DNA of 64,000 nucleotides from Eledone cirrhosa (Eukaryota): NCBI GenBank assembly GCA_964016885.1, contig OZ024743.1, positions 212,660,001 to 212,724,000 of the forward strand, read 5' to 3'. Shown piece by piece: positions 50,805 to 61,096 of this stretch (position 1 is its first letter; each line of letters starts with the position of its first letter). The notes under the pieces were generated by a model. It saw only the letters and a program-made list of their open reading frames with translations, ran no database searches and was not told where the DNA came from. The position numbers and the translations under genes were made by a program.

Positions 50805-51340
50805 AGTCATGGCTGCAATACTTTTGATCACAGGTCTGCTCAGCCAGAGCTGACCAAGGGCTAAACAATGACAATCTTAACAAAACCAACAATAAAATCT
50901 TCAACTATAACAGGTTAAGCTGATCATATTGGGCTGTATTGATCTTTCAAATTTTAGACCTGCTTCACCGCAACGTGTGTCACCGGTACTCCATTCTACT
51001 CCAATGGCGATCAATGACGATCTACTTCTGGTTTCGGTTATATATATCTCTTACACACTTTCTTCTATACCGTAATGATTCTACTGTCACAACACACACA
51101 CACATCTCTGAAGATTACATCACTCTTTAGTTCTCCTAAACCTCCCGGACATACGCAACATAGACACCTTTTTGACTTAAGAAAAAACAAAACACTCTCC
51201 AACGAGGGCATGATAAACTAATTTCCTTTAACAGCATTAAAACACTATTACTATACATAGAATCTTTAAATACTCTCTCTACTTACAAACAACATAAAAC
51301 CAAATCCTTTAACCTGTTGACTGCCGCGTATATTTTCCAG
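50470..51340 (+). mobile_element. Decayed CR1/Jockey-like LINE RT fragment
   Basis: NFDESNGITLDISKLFNKA resembles the 'ALDISKAFDKV' RT motif; a similar decayed tail occurs at 58020-58620. Confidence 0.45.
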
Positions 51341-53158
51341 TAAAATGACTATTTTTTAAAGCAAACATTTATTAACAACACATATCTGAAAGATTGACAA
51401 ACGTCACATCAATAAACTAGTAACCCCATTTAGCTTTGAAGTTATGAACTTTTGGAAACGACTTCATAACTTTGAAGTTATGAACTGTTGGAAAAGAGTT
51501 CAAACATGTTAGGACGAGTTATCTCGCCTACAGCACTGAAAAGGTTAAACACTCTAAAAATAGTGGACCTCATAATATCTGATGAGTTTTCATGAAGATC
51601 GTACATTTGTAACACTGCATCCCAGAAGCTAAATATAAAATATGGAGACATAAAATACAATAGAGTACTCCTCGCACTATTGGTGCGGTACTGTCGCTAG
51701 ACATAATCCTCTTAAAACAAGGTTATTTGTCTGTTTCACTAAATTTCTCTCACAATAATCACTAGTCTAAAAGTCTGTCTCGGAGATGGAGGTTCATCAA
51801 GCCGGTGCTTATCCCGATTTCCGTGGTGTGAAGTGACCAACAGTACAAGACTCCTCCCTGGAAAGGGCGCCAGTCCATCGCAGTGTTAAATCCTCAGGTA
51901 TTGCTGATACTCATTTTGATGAGTATGCTGAGCAATGTGAAACAAAGTGTTTTGGTCAAGAACACACTTACCACTAGGCCATACGCCTTCACGAAATCAA
52001 TATTTTACGGACAAAATGTTTCTAATCTCTGTATTTTTACGGATCTTCAGAAGACAGTTGCATATTTTTTCCTTCCTAATCTATTCTAGGTCCCATCATC
52101 CCCCCTTTTGTCACCCTCTTCTGAGTCTCACTTCTCCAAACATTTAAAACTACTTTTACCAATCCTTTTTACTTCACACTCCACTGAATATTCTTATCCT
52201 CGTTTTCAAATACACGTTAATCTACAGAACTCCAATATGAACATAAATTACATTCATCTCACCAATATGTGAAGGCCTGAAAAGGTCTTGGGTGTTGTCC
52301 CTCTCCCGCTACTCACAAAAAGGTGTATATAAACAAGGAGTGGTAATTCTTTGTCTAGAATTGAATCTCCCTCTTTCTGACGTGAAAAATTTTATAGATA
52401 TTATATGATGGAGAAAATGGCGAATTGGCAGTGGTTAGAACGTCAGATAGAATGCTTTACATTATTCGTTCCGATTCTCTGCTTTCTGAGTTCAAATCCC
52501 GCCGAAGTCAACTTTACCTTACATTTATTGAAGGTCGATAAAAGAAGTACCAGTCTACTACTGGGGTTGATTCTTCGTCTATATATCTTTCTTTCGCTCA
52601 TACACTAGCCTTCTCTGGAAGAAATCTGCTGTATTCAGACCTGGAGAGGAGATGGGCTCTGTCAGGTTTAAAAATGTCCTAGAAAAGCCGTATGTCAATA
52701 CGGCGCCCCGACGACTCCCTCAAGAGTTACAGGTCCATACATACATGTGACGCAGCAGAAAATCGTACTTTATTGCCTTTTTAACTAATGGAAAAATGTT
52801 TTCCTATTTATTGAGTGTTAACTTAATTTTATATAGATATTCGCAAGTTGTAAAGACCCCATTCGTTCACGAATGATTCGGGGATTTGCACATAGAGAAT
52901 TTCCATGAGTGAGGTGGAGCAACGTGAAATAATGTGTCTTGCTCAAAGACACAACGCATCACCCGGTCCAGTAATCGAACTAACAACCTAACGATTGTAA
53001 GCCCAACGCTCTAACCACTAAGCGATGTGCCTTCACTATATTCGCGAGTTAGGTGCCATGATTATACTGTTATGCAATGAGATATCACATTATAGTTGCT
53101 TTCAGATAATTCTATTCACGACTACACAATGATAAATAATTTTTTCGCTCTATAGATA

Positions 53159-54284
53159 TGTTTCTTTTATTTGCCACTAGGGCATCAAAAGTGGGACAAG
53201 TACAAAGGGGGGAGTTTACACAAAAAGGCGTCCTCAATAAGGAGGAGGCAATAACAAAATATAAAAATAAAATAAGATATAACAAAAAAAAAAAATTCAT
53301 AACAAAATCCTCAATAGAGAGGAGGCGCCTTGGGGGGTCGCACACACCCCCGAAAAAAGTGTGCAACCCTTTTCCTCAGGAGCACAGAGAGGGGGTGCTC
53401 CCTCGTTCCTTCCTCTTTTCCACCTACAGGCTTATGTAAAGAGAAGGCCCATTCACACGGGCCATTCTCGCCACTTTCACCCACCTTTCATAAAAACGAC
53501 TGGGGTGCAGCACCTCTCTCTCCATCCTGATCCTTCTTCCGAAATGATATCGGAAGAAACGGACCAGTTGTTGGCCAGAGAGAAAGGTGCCTGACCTCAG
53601 TCCTTTCAGACGCGTCCACCATACAACCTCTTTCGCCATGGCTATTACGCACAGAAACACCGCCTCTGCTTCATCTTTGAAGGGGGGAGGCGGCTTGATC
53701 ATTACAATAGACTCGGTGGTCAACCGGATCGGTCCCACCCTTGACAGCAGTTGTTCGACATAGCCCCACAGATCGGCTACGCCCGAGCAGTGTACCAATG
53801 CGTGTGCAACGGTTTCCTCGTCGCACACGCATCTGGGACAGATCTTTTTGGCGGGGTCCCTACCCGGGCGCCCGTGTCTGTAGAGCCTTTCTCGAACGGG
53901 TAAAGCCCCTCGGTAGCACTGCCAGGCCAGGGACTTCTGGAAGTTGTCCATAGGTCCCGGGCTGAATGTCCTACCGAACAGGCTGACCAGTTCGTCTTCC
54001 TCCATGTCTAGGGCTTCTCCGAGGGCGTCGTCGCACCTGCTGCGTACCAGCCCTCTATAGAATGTTGCGGTGGAGTCTCCACTGATAACCGGATCCGCCT
54101 GCCAGAGGGCGGTGAGCGCCTGGGCACACTCAGTGTGCCAGGCGCCCAGTTTTCTCGGTCTTTGCTTGACCCAGGATTGCAGCTCGGTGAGTGAGACGAG
54201 TCTGGGAAAGGTTCGTCTCACAAACGAGGCCCACACCGGTTGTCCGGTAAGGAATACGTAGAGGTGCCGTAGCCTTAATGCGTG
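53159..54284 (-). mobile_element. Second, shorter copy of the same Tx1/L1 element (intron of protease gene)
   Basis: Near-identical to 19747-20872 with the same 3' end; retains the TGG codon that is a stop in the other copy. Confidence 0.93.
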
Positions 54285-54393
54285 AGGGACTCAGAGAAAT
54301 AAACTGAGATTTCTAGCTTGAGACACCTTTATGTAATAGCTTCCATTGTACAAGTATAAGTTGGCAGAAATAACTGATGTAATTTATTGACAA

Positions 54394-54491
54394 GCTCAAT
54401 ATGTATGTTTTCTAGGCTCAATATGTATGTTTTACAGGTGCAATATGTATGTTTCACAGATGCAATATGTATGTTTTACAGGTGCAATATG
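54394..54491 (+). repeat. 22-bp tandem repeat spanning a splice acceptor (4.5 copies)
   Basis: Unit (G/A)(C/T)(T/G)CAATATGTATGTTT(T/C)(A/C)(C/T)AG approximately; AG ends at 54415, 54437, 54459 and 54481. Confidence 0.9.
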
Positions 54492-54568
54492 AATACTCAA
54501 AAATCAAACAACTGAAACGTAAAGTTGTGTTTCAAGTAAAAAAAATGGTGTTTTGGGAAAAGAATCCG
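54482..54568 (+). CDS. M12B metalloprotease exon D
   Basis: ttttacag|GTG...CCG|gtacgt. Encodes VQYEYSKIKQLKRKVVFQVKKMVFWEKNP, phase 0 to 0. The acceptor lies in a 22-bp tandem repeat, so the 5' boundary is ambiguous. Confidence 0.75.
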
Positions 54569-55364
54569 GTACGTTATATCAATTTTCTTCCAGTTTTATC
54601 TTTATTATTGTTTCTAGACCACTTCCAAGATTTGGGTGAACAGTGTTCTCCTTGTAAAGGGCTGCTCAGTCACAAAAGACTCCGCCCAAGCAATTCCTAT
54701 TCCACAAAATGGCAACAACGTTAGATAAGCCTTAAGCCGCCCGTGTGTAGGTAGATTAGCAACTGCATACCTCCAACACGTTAGGTCTGTACACGTCACT
54801 GCTTCCCCATCGCCACAGGACTTTGAAGAGGTATTTGCACAAGGAGATCATAGTAACAGATGCTTGTGCGACACATATGCTGCTCTCCAAGTATCAACAG
54901 CAAGAATCCGGTGACAAGCAGATGCAAGATGATCGGTAGATGTATCAGCCGCAGTTATTTCAGAGTATCCACTCAAGTAAAACAATTTTTTCCCAGATAA
55001 ATAACTAGGTAAAAAAGTATTTTAAAAGTTAAAAGTTACAAGTTAAAAAGTTAAAAGTTTAGAGGTTAAAGTTTGAAAGTTTGAATGTTAAAAAAAAAGT
55101 TATAATACACATGTACACGTAAATAATTGCCCACACATTTATACATCGACACAGTATATACATATATACAAGGTTGGATGGCCGTTGATTCTCGTGAGTT
55201 CCTCCTCCCTTTGTCAGGTCTTCTTTTTATCCATCAGGGTGTCGAATCACCCGCCTCACCAAGCAAGAATGGTGGAGTTGCCAGTTTAGTGGCCGACGAC
55301 CCGACCATGTGACAGGTTGTACTGGGTTATATGTCACCAGTAGCACTCAAGAGCGACCTGACGC

Positions 55365-55410
<46 letters not shown>

Positions 55411-55419
<9 letters not shown>

Positions 55420-55588
55420 AATGGCTTCTACAGGACTAGAACTGTCTCATTTGAAGGACATCATCAGAATAGCCTGATGATTTCCTTCGAATGAAACAGT
55501 TCTAGTCCTGTAGAAGCCTTTTCTATATTAAATATTTATACTCTGCTATGTATTGAGTACCTTACTGCGGTTACCCCGACTGAACCCG

Positions 55589-55591
<3 letters not shown>
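55411..55591 (+). mobile_element. Palindrome-plus-tail element containing a hammerhead-like core
   Basis: ~57-bp inverted arms with CTGATGA-TTTCCTTCGAAT-GAAAC...GTC. Tail TATACTCTGCTATGTATTGAGTACC also occurs inverted at 11095-11165. Confidence 0.7.
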
Positions 55592-55645
<54 letters not shown>

Positions 55646-55903
55646 CATGGATATTCTGTAAGTCGGTTCTAATAGACTTAGTTGATAATTGGATAGGATT
55701 TTCAAAAAGAATCTTACAATTAAACATAAATTTAAAGTATGATAGCAAAGTTTCCAAATTAAAAAGAAAACAATAACAGTGTACAGTTGTGAAAAGTATG
55801 GCAATCTTGATACTTGCTCTCATTCTCTATTTGTTTTTATTCTTTTATTTTTTTCTCCCACCATTCTCTAAAACTCTTTGCCACTTTTCAGTTTATTCTT
55901 CAC

Positions 55904-56924
55904 CTAGCAGCAGTACCCAGCGTTGCCTGGGTAGCTAAAATAATATCTGCTTTGATGAAAAGGTGTTGATCTTAGCGACTGCTTCTCGATGACTCATCTA
56001 TGGCCACACACAGACCATGCGGGTGAGGATGGTGATGACCTATATCACTGAGAAACGCGGGTGACTGACGAAGGGGCATGCTGGGGGAGGGAGGTAATGA
56101 CCTCTAACACAAAGCCAAATTTCCTCACGCTACTTGATTGGAAACCGATGAATTCTCAAATACACAACTAAAAGGTCAAACGACGTCAGTGGCCATCGTT
56201 TTGCCTTTGACCATCTATAAGATGTGCAATGATAGGTTCTATCGTAGTATAAAAGTTGAACCAAATAAATTGATTTATGTGCGAGGTGGAGCCGAAGTTT
56301 CGAATTTGAACGAAATCGGTTGAAAAATGTGGGAGCTAGAGCCGAAATGGCGGAAATTTGAGCGAAAAGGTGATATTTTCGAATATTTAAGCGGCTGCCA
56401 CGCCGTTCCTGAAGAAAAAATCTAAAATGTAAAGCCACTTTAAGACGTGAAATAATCAGATATAGCGTAGTGTAAATTTGAACAAAGTAGGTTGATTAAT
56501 GTGGGAGCTAGAGCCGAAAAAGTGGAAATTAGAGTCTAAAAGTGGTATTTTTGAATATTTAAGCGGCTGCCACGCCGTCCCTGAACAACAAATGCAAAAT
56601 ATAAAGCCATTACAGGATGTGCAATGATAAATTCTATTTTGCTTTAAAATTTGAACGAAATTGGTGGCAAAATGTGGGAGCTAGAGCCAAAAATCTTATT
56701 TTTCGATTCCTAAAAAAAGGTGCCCCCCCCCCCTCCTATCGATTTTTATCTGCAGAATGACTCCGGAATAAAAAGAACCGATACGCTGATATATAGAAAA
56801 CACTCCCCGATGACTAATCTATAAGCCTGTAAAGTTTCATGAAAATCGGTCGTAAGATGTAGGCCCCTATAGGTAATACACAGACACACACACATACACA
56901 TACTTAATTTTATATATATACAGA
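55904..56924 (-). mobile_element. Non-autonomous Helitron-like element
   Basis: Minus strand begins A|TCTGTATATATATAAA and ends TACCCAGGCAACGCTGGGTA..CTAG; three ~174-bp subrepeats (AATGTGGGAGCTAGAGCC). Confidence 0.7.
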
Positions 56925-56990
56925 TTTCTTTAAATCAAGAAAAATTAACTCTCGACTAACTTTTTTTTATCGTCATTTGTTTCTTTAAAG

Positions 56991-57091
56991 AGCTGGTTTA
57001 ATGTAACAAACAGACTTAACACAATGTTAAGTTCCCTTTGCCGATGGAACGTCAACGCAGAACCATTTGATATCGTTTTTCTCATTACAGG
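56991..57091 (+). CDS. M12B metalloprotease exon E
   Basis: ttctttaaag|AGC...ACAGG|gtattg. Encodes SWFNVTNRLNTMLSSLCRWNVNAEPFDIVFLITG, similar to ADAMTS 'TLxSFCxW...HDxAxLLT'. Phase 0 to 2. Confidence 0.85.
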
Positions 57092-57607
57092 GTATTGTAT
57101 AATTAATTTTACAAATATATTTCTTGAGAATATATTCTTTCTATATTCATTTTCAAGGCGCTGAGATATAATCTGAGGGAGATTTGGCTGCCATTTCTGG
57201 CAGGTCGAAAGACCATTAATATAGAGGCTCCTCGTTTGATATGATGTAATATTTTTGACAAATCAAATACCAGAAAGTGTCTGCTGTAAATTTCTCATCG
57301 GTGGGAATGTGACACTATATAATTTCTCTGTGCACTATCAAACTACCGAGGTAATCTCTACATCACCGCTAAAAATAATAGCCAAATCTATTTTAAATTA
57401 TACGCTCTGTTTTGAAATGGAGGGACACAGGATATAATGTACTCTCGGCTCTCGAATAAACGTCTCCACCCCTTATTAACATTTCAGATTTTTTTCTATT
57501 CCAATCCCCTACTACTTGGGACCCGAGAGTAGTTCTAAATATGTAATGCCAGAGAGACTGGTGGTGTGTTTATGGCTGGATGTCATATTTATAGTTATGC
57601 TCTAGCA

Positions 57608-57920
57608 CAGCGGTCTCCAACCTTTTTACGCCACGGACCAGTGTCATGGAAGACAATTTCTTCACAGATCAGTGACTCATTAATCCCCTCTAACAATTGT
57701 GCCACAATGTCCTCCGCTATTTCATCAATTCATCTAGTTATGATGCTAGCCGAAAGAGGAACCATGGCTACCTTTTTAACTCTCCTAAAACTTCACAGCA
57801 AATATCCTTAGCGACAGACAGGATCAACTCTTCACCAATAGTGATAAACTTCTTAGCGGCCCGGTACCAAATGGTTCACGGTCTGGTACCGGTACGTAGC
57901 CCGGAGGTTGGGGACCGCTG
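57608..57920. mobile_element. hAT (Charlie-like) MITE
   Basis: TIRs CAGCGGTCTCCAACCT / AGGTTGGGGACCGCTG; 8-bp TSD CTCTAGCA. Confidence 0.88.
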
Positions 57921-58951
57921 CTCTAGCAGAACCATTCTTAAAAATATTCCTGCTAGCAGGTTGAGTGACAACGTAGGGGCTCCCTCATCGGCTTAAGTAG
58001 TAGTATAGCAAAAGTGACACATCTAACATTACGCTAATCAGTGTATCCCTCGCTCAAAATTCATTTCATATAGTGGAGATGCCTTTAGAAACATGTTACA
58101 GCATGTCCAATTCTTAAGAAAAGCAATCATTCTGACTCTGCTAACTGTCTGATCACATTAACTTCTAGCATCTCTAGCACAAAGACTGGCTTTTCTCATC
58201 AGAGCCAGGAAATACTCCATACATCAATATTTAGTACTATTCCTATACAAAGCTTAAGTGTGGATTGCATAGGACTACTGCTTCTACATCTGGCATCGTG
58301 CTGCTGCTACATAAACAGATATCTTAAGCTGCATCCAAATATAGACCAACACATTCCAGCCCCTGGGCAACATTTCTTTGTGTTCTATATTGTTATTATA
58401 GTGGCTCATGCTTATCGGATCTAGCTAACTCTGTGCCAACAGTCCTCGGGAATTCCCGATTCATTTTACATCCGCCTTTCATCACCGACATTGTATCTAC
58501 CCCTGGCCTTACACTAACCATTACGCCCAGCCATGTTTTTCAACAGGAACGTTAAAATAAAGAATCAACTATTGAGGGCGATACTACACTCTAATCTAAA
58601 TTGTGGGACGTCTTTCGCTTATATTAGAAACATAAAATATGCAATGATACACTACAAGAAATTCAATGAACTGTACACTCCCACCCACCCCAGTTTGTTT
58701 ACCTTGGCCCTGTGAAAGGAATTTAATATTTCCAACATTCATCCCTTTATGTTCTGAGTTCGAATCTAACATTCGTTGAATTTTCTTTTCATCTTTTAGG
58801 GTTTGATAACATTCATTTCAACCAAGTACTGAGGTTGATTTCATTCACTGTTTCTTTCTCCCAAAATGTATGATCTGTTGCCAAAGATGAGAATAGATAT
58901 TTCGAATGTTTGACAGCATTTTATAACGACAGAAATGTTTCTCTTTTTCAG

Positions 58952-59080
58952 ACATAGACCAATCTATCCTATCGGACTTGCATATGTTGGCGGAGCGTGT
59001 AAAAAAAGATCTCGATGTGGTGTCTCTAAGGGAGCATCATGGGGAAGATATGTAGCCATGGCTCACGAAATAGGTCACGT
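58952..59080 (+). CDS. M12B metalloprotease exon F (first half of the zinc-binding motif)
   Basis: ctttttcag| and |gtaagt. Encodes HRPIYPIGLAYVGGACKKRSRCGVSKGASWGRYVAMAHEIGHV (GLAxxGxxC and AHExGH). Phase 2 to 2. Confidence 0.92.
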
Positions 59081-59121
59081 GTAAGTATATTAACAGATTT
59101 TACGTTGCTATACTTAATTAT

Positions 59122-59266
59122 GTGGAGGCGTGTAGCCTAGTGGTAAATATGTTGGACTAACGATCATAAAGTCATGGGTTCGATTCCTTAACTAGGTTAT
59201 GTTGCTTTGTCGAGCAAAACACTTCCTTTCACGTTGCTCCAGTTTACTCAGCTGAAAATGAATACC
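59122..59266 (+). mobile_element. tRNA-derived SINE, family B (CORE-like)
   Basis: GGCGTGTAGCCTAGTGG...GGTTCGATTCC then GAGCAAAACACTT..TTCACGTTGCTCCAGT. Related copies on minus at ~49135-49452, 51895-51990 and 52905-53035. Confidence 0.75.
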
Positions 59267-60010
59267 AGTAATAGTTGGACTAAGCAAATAACATATATAC
59301 TGGTTATGTTACTCAACAAAGAAAGCTCAATGAACATTAAGCTCAGAGCATAATTTACATAAATTTAAACAATATACAAAAAGATATATTTTCCATATAT
59401 CAAGTTGAGAAACAACTAGTATTTTATACATATATAAAGAATGATAAATAATAACTGTACTCACTTAAAAAAGAATAAAGCTAAAATCGCCTAAAGTTCA
59501 TTTATATGGCCGTTTCATGAATTCCAGAACACGACGCTTATAATCGATTTTAATGATTGGTATCAATCACCAGTTATCGACTTTGGTAATAAGCATCATT
59601 AAGACCATGGAATACCATTCCTCAGTAAGTGTTAAGGTCTTGTCTATATACATCTCACTCTGCACACTTATTATAGTATATAACTGCTCCAAATTTTAAA
59701 TTTGTGTAATTACCATAGACGGATTCGTTTGGTTCGTGTTTAGCATTTATGACACGTCCTGTAATATCTGCCCTTTCGTAAGACGTTATTTTACCAGCAT
59801 GTGGGGTTATTCAAGCGTTTTGCTTGGGTAGGTAACTAGTTAGTGTGCAGAGCGAGATGTATATAGTCAAGTATATATATATATATTTATTAAAATAACA
59901 GATTAAAGTTTAAGTAAAGAATCGCTGCTTTCACCCTTAACGGGATCTTCTGAAGCATTATTCCACAATGCTTCAAGCAAACTTCAATACTCTCTTATAT
60001 ATATATATAT

Positions 60011-60368
60011 AATTTGATTAAAACAACAGGAGACCGGACTGGGGATATCCTTTTAAAGTTTTATTCTTGCAAAAACACTATATATATTTTAATGGCATGC
60101 TTAGCATTGACAGGTTTGTTATTCAGAGATGGTCTGCCGCAACAATAACACCAGTTTCGCAGGCCATCTCTGTATGAAATATTTTCTCTATTTTCTGCTT
60201 GTGTTTGCCGTAATTCATTTTATTGATTAAATAATTATGCAATCCGAACCTGACGATGTCGCCAGGACCTTTCGTAACCAGCCCATTGAAATATATATCG
60301 TGTTTTTTGCATCAATAAAACTTTAAAACGATATTCCCAGTCCGGCCTCCTGTTGTTTTAATCAAATT
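60011..60368 (+). mobile_element. Fold-back element with ~90-bp inverted arms and internal hammerhead-like core
   Basis: AATTTGATTAAAACAACAGGAG... / ...CTCCTGTTGTTTTAATCAAATT. Internal CTGACGA...GAAAT-ATAT-ATC at about 60249-60300 with weak stems. Confidence 0.65.
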
Positions 60369-60494
60369 AATATTTAACTTCGTTCATGCACCAGGATGAG
60401 TTGTATAACGTAGAGTGCTTTTACTTTATTTACATCATTGTTAACTAAACAGAATGACCAGTTCTTCCATTTGTGAACCACAAACATAAATGAA

Positions 60495-60583
<89 letters not shown>

Positions 60584-60970
60584 CAAGGAGACAACAAACA
60601 GAAGTACAAAAAGTCTTATTAGTTTCACGTTTTATATGGAAAAAGGAAAAGAAAGTTCGACGTGTCGGGTTTTCGCCCTTCTTCAGGAGTACAAAATCAG
60701 AGACAGGATCACAAAGGAGAGAAATCAAGTTAGTCCAAGTAAAGAAAGAAATCGTAACAACCTGTGTTGTGTATATAATTTGTCACATCTGAACCAAACA
60801 CTTCTAATACTGTCAAATAACGATATATGTCAACTAACAGTCAGAATGCTAAATTGCAATATGCCGCTCTAATAATTCACTAACGTTCTCTTTCCAATTG
60901 ACTTTTGAAATATTTATATTGAAATCACTTCTGAATAACAAATTATTATTATTATTATTTTTTATTCTAG

Positions 60971-61096
60971 TTTGGGGATGCCTCATGATGCCAATACTCC
61001 ATGTAAATCATATCCAAGTGAACATAAAGGACTCATGGGTGGCAAAGGAACCGATTTCAGCAATTGCTCTGTGGAAAGATTTGAAAAATATATCTC
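60971..61096 (+). CDS. M12B metalloprotease exon G (LGMPHD, Met-turn)
   Basis: ttattctag| then LGMPHDANTPCKSYPSEHKGLMGGKGTDFSNCSVERFEKYIS. Completes HExxHxxGxxHD, the Met-turn (LM) and FSxCS. Ends either at donor TC|gtaaat or at the overlapping TAA stop. Confidence 0.9.

Noticed and set aside
59122-59200. Functional tRNA gene
   Set aside because: A/B boxes are present, but there is no proper cloverleaf 3' end and it continues into a repeated SINE body.
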